Source: Diplonema japonicum
Taxonomy: Eukaryota > Protista > Euglenozoa: Diplonemea
Reading direction: 5' to 3'
DNA length: 64,000 nt
Assembly: GCA_964019335.1 (NCBI GenBank)
Contig: OZ025701.1
Coordinates: 372,001 to 436,000, forward strand
The translations under genes were made by a program, and so were the position numbers. Below, piece by piece: positions 40,546-53,199 of the stretch; the stretch's first letter is position 1; each line of letters begins with the position of its first letter. Under the pieces are notes generated by a model that ran no database searches, was not told the origin of the DNA, and saw nothing but the letters and a program-made list of their open reading frames with translations.

Positions 40546-43500
40546 TCAAACCTCACGGCAGTACATAACAGGCTTTTCCCACGAAGACCGTCCAGTAGCT
40601 GCATCACAGTAATACGGAAAACCCTCAGACGTTGTGAATTCAACCCATTTCTGAGCAGTAGGGACAGGGGGGACTGTGGGAAGAGTGGACCTCTTAGAGG
40701 CACGCTTTATTTTAGAGAAATCACACTGAAGACCAATTACAGGCTTCACCCATGTGGTCTCACCCGTTTGGGTGTTATAGTAATATGTCTGATCGGTGTC
40801 ATCCGAGCGGTACTCAAGCCAGTTGGCAGGATTACCTTTAGCGGTGCGTAGCTTGAGCCTGGTGAGGAAACCTCTTATAGTACTTTGTATTTTGATGATT
40901 TTCATGACTTCTGTCAAGGGCATCATCTCTTCTTGTTCGATACTGATGTCAGCTAAGAGGATCTGTTGTTGCTTGTGTAGCTTTTCTTCATGCTTCTGGG
41001 GTAGCGCGGCACCAAAGGCTTGGTGGAAGAGCTTTGGGAATAGCTCGCTTCGGTAGATGACTGGAGGCTCCCCATGCACCCTCAAGTCCAGCGATGCAAT
41101 GAATTCACTCACGATTTTGCTGTCGGGATACAGCCCCAACGGAGGCCCGATGCCCTTCAAGAATTTTTCTAAATTGGAAAACGGCAGTTTTTGCCCGGTG
41201 CCATGTTTCTCCCACTGCCTTCGCAGCACTACTCTGTACGGCTCGTCAAGACACCGCACCCCTGTGCCAAAATTGTCCAACACCACCGCCACGAACAGGT
41301 TCGACAGCACATACATCCCCACCAATGTGAACGAGCAAAAATATATTGGCGCCCACCACCTGGGAATGCACCCTCCCAAGTGATCATCGCAGCCCTCGTC
41401 CTCATCAGCCATGCAGTCATACATGATCTGCTGCCAGGCCTCTCCCGTTGACAGTCTAAAAAGAAGCAACAGCGCAGGGCCGAAATGGGTGAAGTTCGCA
41501 TGTCGGTTCAATCCGTTTATCCATGTCGCCTTACCGAGAAGCCACACGCCCAGGATCTGTTTGTTTGTTTCGTTTCGTTTTCCATCTTTTGTTACATACC
41601 GAATACACAAAAAACAGTAGAAACAGCACGCACGAGACGTTAACAAGAGAAGGTATCGAAAACAAGAAGGTGGTCAGCATGCGGCGGATCCCACGCGAGG
41701 ACCGCATCATCCTCAGGAGTCTGATCAATCGCAGGGCTCGGAACTGTGTTATGACATCTGCCTCGCCGCTGTGATCTTTACCAAGAAGGTGGAAGAAGAA
41801 GAGAAGCAACAGCGGGATCATAGAAACTACAACAACACCCAAGTCAAACCGGCACCAAGGATTGCGGAGGTACCGTGCAGGACCGAACGCGAGGATTTTA
41901 AGAACAACCTCCACAGCGAAGACACCCAGCATGCATTCATTGAGCCTGGCTATCAAAGAGTCGAAGGTTTCAGACGAGGGGTGGTGCTCGCTTGCCATTC
42001 CAATCACATTCACCGCGATACAAAAACTGATCGCTATGTCGAACCGGCTGTCGGTGACAAACATAAACAATTTCGTGCGCCACGCAGAGTACCCAAACGG
42101 GACTTCCTCACTTATCCCATCTGTTACCATTTGTAACATCTCCATATGTGCCCTGACCCATCGATCCTGGCCGGGTGACAGGAACAAAGAAGCTCCAACT
42201 TTTTGTTTTTGTGTTGAGTATGTATCGATGAGAACTCCAATGAAGAGGTTCAGAATGAGGAACGACCCGAACACGATGAATAGAACAAAGAAGTACGCCA
42301 CCCAAGGAGAGTTTCCCTGCACAGGCGCGTGCTCATAGCTAACAGCGTCTATGCTATCGTGCATCACCCCCACCCACCCCTCCAGCGACGCTACCTGGAA
42401 CAACGTCAAGAAGGAGTTTCCAATGTTGTCGAAGTTTGCCATGCTGTTCATCCACTTGTACTCCCCACCCAAAGGCGCTGTGGCGTTTAAACACGCATCA
42501 CGTGTGAAGAACTGCGGAGTATCGCCATATGTGTCCAGCGAGCACCTGTGAAACTTCCCTGAGAATAATTGCAGAGCGATAATGGCGAACACAAGCCAGA
42601 TCGACAGCGATATGAGCGTGACGTTCACCAACGGTGGGAAGGAGAGCAGCATTGCCGTGAATACGACTTTCACGCCTTGCACCTTGTTGATGAAGCGCAG
42701 GGGGCGTAGCGTTCGTAGAATCTTGAACATCCCGAAGTGTTGGGCCCCAGGGATTATCTCCTTTGCCAACGACGTGCACACAATGAAGAAATCCAACCTG
42801 TTCCAGACCTCTCTGCGCAGGTACGAGTCCTCATGCAGAACAAACCCGTACGCGACGCTCTTCAGAACGCACTCAGTGAGGAACACGAATGTCAAGTAGA
42901 AGTTAACAGCACGCAGTTTGACTTCCGTCGGGTGGTCTTCTGGCCGCAGTGGCGTGTCAATGGCAAGTGCGACAGTTGATGTGAAGATAGCAGCCAGCAC
43001 GAGAAGCTCGAACGCCGTGCTCTCAACCACCATGAAGAGGACATCGCGGGCGGGGTGCTCTCTCTCGAAGTAGAACAGCGACCGATCCGTGACGACAGGA
43101 GCCCAGTTGTACCACCATGCCCTCTTGTTCTTCGCCTGCCTTTCAAGCGTGTCGTAGAATTCACTGTACTCCGTCTCCTTTGCTGCCTTGTCGTCGCACC
43201 AATCTTCAATGAACAGGATTTCCCTGTCCTCCAGCTGCAATGTGTCCTGCACTGTCTGCCCCAGCAAACTAGGGGAGTCTTCGTAGCTGTGCACAAAACT
43301 AGTGATTTGGTCCACATCGCACAGTTTCGAGTCGTGCGACAAGAAGATTTCTCTCAAGCGTGACGTGATGCACCTCCTGTCCCTGCGGGCCATGTCATCC
43401 GCTGCGACCCATGCTGCAAACATCCCGTAGATCTCCGTGTGGTGCTCAGGGTACTTCAGTAACATGCACGACTCAAAGAGGCGCGGATCATCCGCGTAGC

Positions 43501-45862
43501 TAGCGACAACGACTTCGAACTCCTCCTTGGGGAACGGGATGCTGTGCTTGTAGAAGAAGTCCCGCATGAAGGAAGTCATCTGCCGCACGTGCTCGTTGGG
43601 CTTCTTGAAGCCGTCGATGTCGCTCCTAAGCATCTCCGCCACCCGCAGCAACTTCAGTCTCCAGTACCGTTCCTTGATTTCAAACCCATCGTAGGTGCTC
43701 TCCGTTGATGAAGCGAACCGTAGGCCGTCCATTTCCACAAGCTGCGAGATGACACTTCTTGTTACGCCTTTCTGCAGAAGCAGCAGGTGGAGGGTCTCTT
43801 CGCTGATGTCGGATATCTCGTCGATCTGGTCGGTAGTGAGGTCGTCGTAGCCGGTGGGGTGCAGAGCTCTGGTGGTGCACGTGTTGCAGCTACTCAGCAG
43901 CACCGCCACAAATAAGTTGAGGACGAGGTAGTGCCCGACGAAAAACACAGCGATGAAGAAGAAGACGCTGTACCACCCGACGGCACTCATCCCGTTATAC
44001 ATGACGATGTTCCAGTCCTCTCCCGTCACGATCTGGAAGGTGGCGATTATGCCGTTGTGGAGAGAGTCATAATTGGTGCGGGGCACAGACGTACAACCGT
44101 CAGGACCGGGGTTCGATTCACAGAATTTTCCACCAAAAAGCCGCATGCCCCACAGAGAGCCGGTTAACAAGAGGAGGAGCAAAATACCCGCTAGGTACAT
44201 CACACTCTTCGTGGCGGTGACGAGAACATCGAACCACTTCTGCAGCTGGGCAGAGTAGGTCATGAGCTTCAGGACCCGGAGCACGCGGAGAGAGCGCAGA
44301 GCAGACACAGACCCGTTCCCAGAAACAACGAGTTCAAGGAGACCTGCCACCACGATGAGTAAGTCCAGTTTGTTGAATGTATCTTTGAAGAACCTGCGCA
44401 TCCCTGTGAAGAGCTTCAGAAGCACCTCTATCGTAAAGAAGACGGTGAGAATGATGTTGACTGTGTTGATGGCGTCTGTTTCGGACTGCGGCTGCCCGTG
44501 GTATTCTGCCGCAAGCAGCACGGTGTTCGCCACAATTGCGCTGATCACAAGGCGCTTGAAGTGCTTGTTTCGCAAAACCTTCGCCACCCTATCCCGCATT
44601 ATCTGCGGACGCGTCTTTGCGCCGAAGGCTGCGGTGCTCGCGACCAAAGACAGGCGCACCCCTTCGAGCCACATCATGATCCTTGTCCGCATGAGGTGCT
44701 TCATGAACTCCCTGCGGATCCTTCGTCCCTCTTTAGAGTGCTTTGCCACGGTAGTACTGAAAGTTTCAGTGATGATCAGCAACGTTAGGTTCATTAGAAA
44801 ATAGGTCCCGAACAAAATAAGCAGTAACCAGAAGATAGAAGCTGCGGGTGTTGTTGCGTCCATAGTGTGGTACATGACCTCAGACCACCCTTCCAGGGAG
44901 ATGGACGCGAACAACGTGAGCATCGCGAAACCGATGTGGTCAAAGGACACCCACCCGCGCTGCGGATTGCCCACCGGAACGCAGGTGGTCCCCCATGGGC
45001 AATATCGCCCGCCAAGAGAGGTGAAGGAAGATAGAGGGCGGCATATCGGGGTGTTTTGGTAGTCCGTGTCCATGACAGGCTGTGTCACGGTCACAGTGGC
45101 GGTCGTGTTGCCATCCCAAGGAACGCATCTGTTGAGGAGGAGACCCTCCCATTGCTGAACAGCAATCACGCCCATAGCAAGAATGAAGAAAAAGTACAAA
45201 ATAAAGACGTTCATGAGTAGAGGGATGCTGCGTCCAAGACTGCGGAAGAGAAGATTCATCTGCGGGATGGCATGGGCCAACTTGATAGGACGGAGCAGTT
45301 TGAAGGGCTCAAGGTGAAACGTGTTGAAGAGAGGCAGCAAGGCGAGCATCCCTGTCGTTGCAATGAGACAATCAAGAATGTTCCAACCATTGCTGAGGTA
45401 GCCGTCAAGACCGAAGACAGTGATCTTGAGGAGCATTTCGATGAGATAGATGATGGAGCACACGATGTCACCATAGTACATGGCTCGTGAACGGGTTGAG
45501 TTCAGCCTAGTGGGGTCCTCAATCGAAAGGATTACGGTGTTGAAGACAATGGCGGCCATGAAGAAAGGCTCGATCCACCAGCATCGCAAGAACCACAGCC
45601 GTACGTTCACTCGCCACTCGCTCCACGTTACTGGAAGCTCGCGCTGTATCTTTCGCTCCCAAGCGTCCCCGCATTCTTCTTCTTCCTCAGTAGTTGATTC
45701 TGCGTCGACTGTGGATGCCACAGTCCAGCGCACCCCCTCGTCATCCGGCCACCCGCTTGATTCACCATGCGTCACTTCCCTTAGTTCCCAGTAGTCCGAA
45801 TCTGTTGTAAGTTCCTTCTCCAGCGCAGCATTGCTGTACTCCAGCCTTGCAAACCGCCCACC
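40546..45862 (-). CDS. Four-domain voltage-gated Ca2+ channel alpha-1 subunit with IQ and two WW domains; intron 41557..41599; start unresolved
   Basis: Four 6-TM repeats with S4 R/K motifs. Pore loops SLEGW, TGEDW, SLEGW and TGEAW give EEEE. IQSTIRGFLTR is an IQ motif, followed by two W...YY.....G...W.KP motifs. The frame stays open upstream of the called GTG to about 45875. Confidence 0.92.
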
Positions 45863-46263
45863 TACAAAAAGAAAACTACACTATTTAAGAACGAAAATAG
45901 TGACATGCTTTACAAAAAAAAGAAAAAAAAAAGGGGGGGAAAGGAGAAATATAAAAAGGCCACCAAGTATCAAGGGCGTCGCAATCCCCTTTCGTGCACT
46001 GACGCAAAGACACAAAGAAGGGGAAAGACTAAAGGAGAGTGGGAGGGGGGGTGTGGGTGCACAGTACAATACATGTAAGAAAAAAAAAATGGGGGTTCCT
46101 TTGTTGGAGCTATTTTTATTGTTTCATTTATTTTATTTTTTTTTTTTCGTCCACTTTTTTTTTTTTTTTTTTTTTTTCATTTTCATTCTCGCCTCCAGAA
46201 CAGCCTGAACGCAGCTAAGGTTCAGCACGTGACCGCACATTCTACGACAACGACGCCTTCCTC

Positions 46264-47371
46264 TCAAAGGCCGCCCGAACGCATGGCACGGCGGGGGGAG
46301 GCGCTGTTCTGTAACGTGTTGTAAGTGGTGACTCCCCATGCATACCTGTGCTCCGACATCGAAATTATTGGCAGCCACCTGGAAGCGAGCTTCCTGTGCT
46401 TTGAGGTGGTCCCTCTGCCTTTCAAGACGGATCTCCTGCTCCATAAGATCGCGCTCCTGTGCCTCCAGTGTATCCTTCCTCCTCTGGAAGTCCGCCTGAC
46501 GTGCCCTGTACTCCTGGTGCTGTCTGTCAAGATCCTGCTTCTTTGCTTGAATCCCTTCAAGCTCGCGCCTCAGCTGTGCCTCCCTGCCTTCGTTCTGTGC
46601 GACCTCATGTTCGACAATATTCAGTCCCCTCAGCACCTCATCCTCTTCTGCTTTGTCGCGTCCTCTGAAATACACGCACTCCAGGGTGTTGGGGTACACT
46701 TTGCACCATAGCTGCCATTCGTCGAAGGTGACCCTCTGGTCTCTGTTCGAGTCTGCCTTGGAGAACAGCTCATCTACGGTGATGGCCGCGAAGTCGATGC
46801 CCACGCTCTTGAAGCCGTGCCCCAGCTCCTGGTGGGTGATACCGCCGGACCTGCTGGGGTTGAAGTCGTTGAAGACCGTCTGCACCTTTTCAGAGATGGG
46901 CACGTTGGGTCTTTCTTTGCCTGTTCTCCATTCCGTGACGGCATATGCAGGTGGGCTGGCCGACCGAATGGACTGCGGTGAACTGTACGCTGTATGTGCC
47001 GGTGGGGAGGAGTACCCGCCTTGGGAGAGGGTGGGGGCACGGGGCTGGGGCATCTCCTGCTGTGAATCTCTCACAGGCGAACCATTCGACTCTCTGAAGG
47101 CATAAACCTGACATCTGTCAGCGTTGATCTGCTCCGAGGACACGAGGTCCGCCCATCTCAGGCTCCTGTCGTCATAGATCTGCATTCTTGAAGTGCAGAA
47201 GACGGACTCCGGGTTGTACCCATGCCCTGGAGGCATGAGCGCCCTCGACTCCCCCGTGAACGTGTCGTCGATTTTCCGTTGTAGCTCTGAAATACTCGGG
47301 GGGCCCTGGAAGGGGAGCTCCAGGTTTATCTTCCTACCCAATAGGTCCGCGCACACTCTGACAGTGAACAT
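46264..47371 (-). CDS. BILBO1-like protein (BILBO1 N-terminal domain, two EF-hands, coiled coil); intron 46309..46345
   Basis: MFTVRVCADLLGRKINLELPF...PSISEL...YDD....WADL...Q....CQVYAF matches the trypanosome BILBO1 NTD pattern, followed by EF-hands and a coiled coil. Confidence 0.85.
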
Positions 47372-47833
47372 TGTTTCGTCTGCCCCTCCTGTTTGGCGGT
47401 GTTTTTTTTTTTTTTTTTTTTTTTTCTTCTTCTTCTTTTTTCCCCTCTCTCGTTTTCTTCTTTGGTTGATAAGCCTTTTCATTAAAACAAAGTTGATAAC
47501 AATATAAAAAAAAATGGGAAAAAAAAGACTGAAAAAAAAATAAATGAGATCCAAGGCAGAACCTGCCTGCTTAATCTCTTTTTGCTTTAGTTGCGTGGTT
47601 TTTCTTTGTTTTAGAATTTTCTCCTTTTTTTTCTTCTTCTTGTGCACCACATAAGTGAAACATTTCAGGAACGAAGAGGAGAAAAAAAAAAAAGAAGAAG
47701 AAGAAAAGAAAAAGAAAAAAAGAAAAAAAAAATAGTTGAGGCGAAGAAGAAGAAGATGTGTGTGTGTGTCATATGTGTCAAGTTCTTTTTTATTTATGAT
47801 TCTTCTTCTTCTTCTTCTAAATTGCACCAACGC

Positions 47834-48235
47834 TTAAACACCACCATCAGCACTGGAGATAAGCCCTTGTTCGAATAACTGAAGCTTTTTACTCTCCATG
47901 TGTGCAAGGAGAGTGTTTAGTGCGTAGATCTCAGACCTTCTTTTTTGCCGTACGCATTCTGTCTCTTCTCGTTCAGCAATCAGTTTCCTCTGTGCCTCCC
48001 GTTCGAGGGCAGAAAGCCTCTCTTTGTCTTTTTTTTCTTTCGCTTTGAAATTCTTCACCCGTTCCTTAGCAGCCAGTGCACACTCTTCCGCACTGAATGT
48101 CTTCTTCTCTTTCCCTTTCTTCTCCTTCGCAGCTTTCTGCTTCATTTTCTCCACCTTGAGCCCCTTCACACCCTTCACCCCAGTGGAGAAGGGCCGCTTG
48201 GAGGGGCATGATACGCCGTTGACGGCCAGCTCCAT
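47834..48235 (-). CDS. Small basic coiled-coil hypothetical protein
   Basis: 133-aa ATG-started ORF on the gene strand with K/E/R-rich helix composition. Confidence 0.65.
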   Translation of the reverse strand: MELAVNGVSCPSKRPFSTGVKGVKGLKVEKMKQKAAKEKKGKEKKTFSAEECALAAKERVKNFKAKEKKDKERLSALEREAQRKLIAEREETECVRQKRRSEIYALNTLLAHMESKKLQLFEQGLISSADGGV

Positions 48236-48460
48236 CCAACATTTGTGTCTGCGATAATGGTCTTGACAGGGTGAAGGGGGAGGATGTAATATGATGAGGA
48301 GAAAGAAAGAAAAAGGGGAAAAGAAAAGGATAAGAAAGAACCTAAAAAAGAAAAAGAAAAGAAAAAAAGAAATAGAAACTTATTAAAAAAAGGGCTATGG
48401 CCCCCACCCTCCTCCTGTTTCTTTACACTGACAGCACTGGACACTGACGGCTGCGGCCTA

Positions 48461-49841
48461 TCATTTCGGCGGCGGGGGTGGCACAGCGCTGTGCGGCGGA
48501 GGAGGGATGCTAGGCGGCGCAGGTTGGACTGGCTGCCCGGGTGGCGGAGGTGGTGGTATGCCAGGCATAGGTGGCGGCGGCACATCAGACAGGGGAGGAG
48601 GTGCTCCTGCTGCGGCAGGCGGCATGCCAGGCGGCAGAGGCTGCCCAACCGGGGCCGGGAAGGGAGGCGGCATCCCGGGCATCCCCATTGGCGGGGGCAT
48701 CCCAGGCATCCCCATTGGAGGCATCCCAGGGAACCCGGGGAACCCAGACGGGGGCATCCCAGGCATTCCGGGGTGAGCAGGCATCCCGGGCATGCCAGGC
48801 GGCATCCCTAGAGGCATGCCAGGTGGAACATGCATCCCAGGCGGAGGAGGCATCATGCCGGGGGGCATGGGCATGCCCGGAGGCATGCCAGGTGTTGTAG
48901 AAGGAGGAAGCGGCATGCCTGGGGGCATAGGCATCCCAGGGGGCATGCCGGGGGGTAGGGGCATGCCAGGAGGCATGCCTGGGGGGGGTGGAATGAGCCC
49001 AGGTGTTGATGAGCCGCCTGCATTGAACGTGGGAGCCTGCTGCATGGCAGATATCTGTTTTCTCTTTTTTTATTTTTTTCCCTTAACATACCGCTGCGTC
49101 GTCTGCAGGGCCGCTCACGGGAGCACCAGGACCGTCACTGAAGTACTTGTTGGCTTGCGGTGTCTTGGCATCCTCAGGTTGGACGCTGCTGACGCTCGAC
49201 GCCAGGAAACGCTCGGAATCAGTACCGTGCCGTTCCTTTCCGTCTCTTTTGAGAGCATACTGGAGTTGCACCTTCTTGTTCATCAGGAAGCGGTTGTTCA
49301 TGGCCTGCGTGTGTGGTGTGTGGTGTGGTGTTCCACCCGACTAACATACATCGATCGCTTGATCAGCTGCTTCGAACGATTCAAAAGACACAAAACCAAA
49401 GCCCTTGCTCCCCCCTGTGTCGTCCCGCGCAATCTTGGGCTGTGCTGACACACCACCGAATGAACTGAACGTCTCCGAGAGCAGCTTCTCATCAACATCA
49501 GGGTCCAGGTTCCCAACGAAGATGTTGGCCCCGATGTCGACGTGCTGTGCAGTGCCCTCTGTGTTCACCTTGGACAGCCGCAGGGGCTTCCCCAGCAGCT
49601 TCACCATGTTCATAACCTTCTGCGCATAGTTGCAGTCTTCTTCCATCTTAAACTCCACGAACGCGGTCCCCTGCGAGTTCCCTGTCTCCTTGTCCTTCAT
49701 GATGTGCACGGAGTTCACAGGGCCCGCTTGGATCATCAGCTCCCATAGCAGCTCCTCTTCACAGTCGGGGTCTAGATTCGATACTCGCAGTGTGGCATCC
49801 TCGTTGTGCTCCTCGATGAGCCCAAATGCTGTGGCAGCCAT
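48461..49841 (-). CDS. SF3B4: Splicing factor 3B subunit 4 (SAP49); introns 49305..49349 and 49055..49091
   Basis: RRM1 (EELLWELMIQAGPVNSVH...MNMVKLLGKPLR), RRM2 (DIGANIFVGNLDPDVDEKLL), YALKRDGKERHG motif and a PPGMP-rich tail. Confidence 0.93.
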
Positions 49842-49997
49842 GTGGTCCACCTTGTTGTGATGTAATGAAAAAGCCCACTAGAAGGGAAGGGGGGGGAGAA
49901 AAAGAAAACAACCCCATAATGTGATATCATCCCCCCCCTCCCCCTCCCCCCCATGACACAAAAACAAAAAAAAAAAAAAAAAACAAAGCCCTAGCGC

Positions 49998-50423
49998 TTA
50001 CGACCTACCGAAGTGGCTGAGGATCATGTCGAGGGCCTTGGACTTCTCACCGTAGTCAGTCACCGCCACGCACGAGGCGCCGATGACCTTCTTGATGTTG
50101 GCGGCCTGGTCGTACTTGGCAAGACCAACCCACTCGCCGAGCTTCTTCTTCTCGGGGACCTTGATGAGGTCGATGCCGTGCTCGGTGCAGAGGGCCTCGA
50201 TCAGGGCGGTGTAGGCACCCTCGTTACAGTCCTCGGCAAGGACGCACAAGTGCGCCACACGCTTGTCAAGAGCCTTGACGGTCTCGTGGAGACCCCTGCA
50301 CAGACCCTTGTGGAACCTGGCCCTCTTCAGCACCTGCTGAAGGGCGGCGTTCATGTCCTCAGGCTCCTCATCCTCCTCAACCTGAGGGGTCTCCTCGACA
50401 ACGTCCTCAACAATGTCAGACAT
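49998..50423 (-). CDS. RPS12: 40S ribosomal protein S12 (eS12)
   Basis: GLCRGLHE..KALDKR.AHLCVLAEDC, KKLGEWVGL and GASCVAVTDYG. Confidence 0.97.
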   Translation of the reverse strand: MSDIVEDVVEETPQVEEDEEPEDMNAALQQVLKRARFHKGLCRGLHETVKALDKRVAHLCVLAEDCNEGAYTALIEALCTEHGIDLIKVPEKKKLGEWVGLAKYDQAANIKKVIGASCVAVTDYGEKSKALDMILSHFGRS

Positions 50424-50447
50424 GTTAATTTAAAAGGGGTAGGATAT

Positions 50448-50482
50448 CTGTGAAGGGGGCGGTAGAATTAAAAAAAAAAAAA
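50448..50482 (-). promoter_or_regulatory. Probable spliced-leader trans-splice acceptor (polypyrimidine tract + CAG) for RPS12
   Basis: Minus strand reads T-run AATTCTACCGCCCCCTTCACAG, ending 24 nt before the ATG, with no upstream coding exon needed. Confidence 0.5.
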
Positions 50483-50887
50483 ACACATGATTTTATTCAG
50501 GCGGTATAAAATAAATAAATAAATAAACATGAAAGAGAGAAGAGAGAGAAAAAAAAGGAGGGAAGAGGAAGCAAGGCCCCATTTATTCATCAGTAGAAAC
50601 TAGATACTCGGGGGGGGGGGGGGGGGGGGGAAGATAAACTCTGGGAAGTGGGAGGAATAAAACGTGACTTTAAGGGAAATAAAGTGCGGGTGTGAAGGGA
50701 GATGGAGGTGGAAAACAAAAAAAAAAAAAAAAAAAAAAAAAGCTCGGAAAAAAAAAAAGAAGTGTATGTAACAAATAGAAAGAAAATTGTTAGCAACGCA
50801 TCCACCACACACAACAAAAGAGAAAAAAAAAAAGAAAAACACGCTTGGAAAAGCATCCTAAAAGAAAAAAAAAACCCCACCCACCCC

Positions 50888-51290
50888 TCATGCAAGCTGC
50901 ACATCACCAATAGACTGCACGGGAACCGAAAGCAACTGTTGAGTAGGCAACCGGGAGCAGCAGTGTGTATAAGTAACCTCTATTTCCACCACGAGATAAG
51001 GGACAGCGCATTGAACCTGCTGTAGCGTGGCAGGGCTGTCTAGGTGTACAGAAAGCTGAATATTGTTGGGAGGCCGCTGGTAATCGCACACAATCTGGAA
51101 TTATTTCGTTTTTTTTTTTTCCCCCTTCATACTTCCGCGCTCTCCACAAAATTTTCCAAACCCGGTATCCATCCCCGGAGGGTTTCTATTTCCCGGCAAT
51201 AAATATTAGTCGGGTTCGCCCCAGGGTACTCCCTCCACTTTTTGAGCTCCGCGAAGGCCGCATCACGGGTTTCTTGTGAATCTATTTCGA

Positions 51291-51326
<36 letters not shown>

Positions 51327-51433
51327 CCCTTTTTTCCCCACCGTACCTGCATGATCAGCAACCGGGGCCCGTCCTCCTCATCACCCATAGAATACACCTT
51401 TGTAATTTGCAATTGGGGCTCGTATCGAAACTG

Positions 51434-51464
<31 letters not shown>

Positions 51465-52969
51465 CCCCACAATAATGATACTTGAAATGTAGCGCTCATT
51501 TTGTTTTTTTGCTGCTCGGCCAGCTTTGCTTCACGATTCCGCTGGTTGAATTTCTTGACAAGGTGCTTCAAAGACCGCCCAGGCTGCGGCCTATTCCTGG
51601 GAGACAACGCATCAGCCTCCACAGGCTTGGTGTCGTTACCATAAGAGGTGAGGTACACCGGGACCATCCCATTGGACTTCCGAAAGAAACAAGATATGCA
51701 GCCCAAGGGCAAGCCGTGTCTAGGGAGGGGTTCTGAAAAGCCGATACTGAGGCCGAATCGTTCGAACTCCCGTGAAAGATCGCCTTTAAACCGGCTTATT
51801 TGCTTGGTGATCTCTTTCGAACAGTCCTCCATAGTGGGGGGCTCGTCTTCCTCGTTGGATTCCTGCCCCAACGCGCGTTTTAACATTTCCGTGTGACGCT
51901 TAGTCTTCTTTTTGTGATCGGTAACGGCAGCGTTGAAATTGTTGCCCACCATAATGACCGGCAAGGCCGCAACTAATATACCACACATCATGCAAAGGCT
52001 CGCAACGCATTTACCTAGAACCGACACGGGAACGGAATCACCGTACCCAACGGTGGTAATGGTGACAATGCACCACCAGAAAGCTCCCGGTATAGATTGA
52101 AAGGGCGCTTTTGTTTTAGACTGTTCATCTGTGTACCATGCCTCGTCGGCTTGTGAAAAACTGACCTCGCTCTGCTCCGCGATAAACATGGCTGACGAGA
52201 ATAACAAAAGGCAGATGATGATCAGAAACAGTAGAAGAGATAGGGCGTCCATGCTCCTTGCCACCGCCATGGCGACAAGCTGCAAGTTCGTGCTGTACTT
52301 AGATAGTTTTAAGACCCTGAAAACTCGGATCAATCTCACAACCCGTAGAATAATCAGCGATCCGGCTCCATTTCCAGATTGGCCTGACACCGACATGATT
52401 TGCGTGAAATACCATGGCAGGATGGATATTAGATCGATCCAGTTTAAAGGGTCTTTGAAGAATTTTTTGAGGTTATTCACGGTGAGGACGCGGAGGAGGA
52501 ACTCGATCGTGAAGAGGAAGATGCAAACCATCTCTATTATTACCAGTGATTTCTCGCCTTTTTCGTAGTACTGAGGGAGGGACTCGATGCAGAAACAGGT
52601 TACGGAGATTACAATCACAGCGAAAACTGACATGCTGATTGCGGTTTGTGCAACGGCTGCCCGTTCGTTCCACGTTGGTACACCGGGGTCGAGCAAGGAG
52701 TATATTTTGTCCCTTAGGGTTTGTGGTGTGCTTAGTTCCATGACGTTGGAGTCGCCCCCGACTTTTACGTGTTTCATGGCCTTCAGTGCCAGTAAACGGC
52801 CGCGTACAACTGATGCTATTCGGGGGCGGCCGTCGACATTATCGGGTAAAGGGATTGCCGAGTCCCCTTCCTGGCTCGCATCTTCTACTTCGTACAGGGC
52901 GCCCCCTACATGGATGTTGTTGCTGTTGAGTTGATTGCTGTCTTCAAGACCTTTCTGGTCACCTTGCAT
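50888..52969 (-). CDS. Voltage-gated K+ channel (6TM, no obvious T1 domain); introns 51431..51481, 51292..51346, 51095..51132
   Basis: S4 LRVVRLIRVFRVLKLSK and pore TITTVGYGD. Three A-rich GT-AG introns extend the C-terminus to TGA at 50888. Confidence 0.9.
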
Positions 52970-53199
52970 CGCTCATCATTTGGGGGGGAGAGAATCCTTT
53001 TTTGCGAAATTTCTCTCTCCCCTTTTTTTTTTGTGTTTTTTGTTTATTTTGTCGAGATTTTTTGGTTTTGCCCCCCCCGTCTTCCCCTCCCATCCTTTTT
53101 TTTTTTGTTTTTGTTTTTGTTTTTGTTTTTGTTTTTGTTTTTTTTTTTTTTTTTTTTTTTCAAAATTTTCAAAAAAAATAAAAAAAAATAAAAAAATAC

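Noticed and set aside
48491-49448. Gly-rich collagen-like plus-strand ORFs
   Set aside because: They are the antisense of the Pro-rich PPGMP tail of SF3B4.
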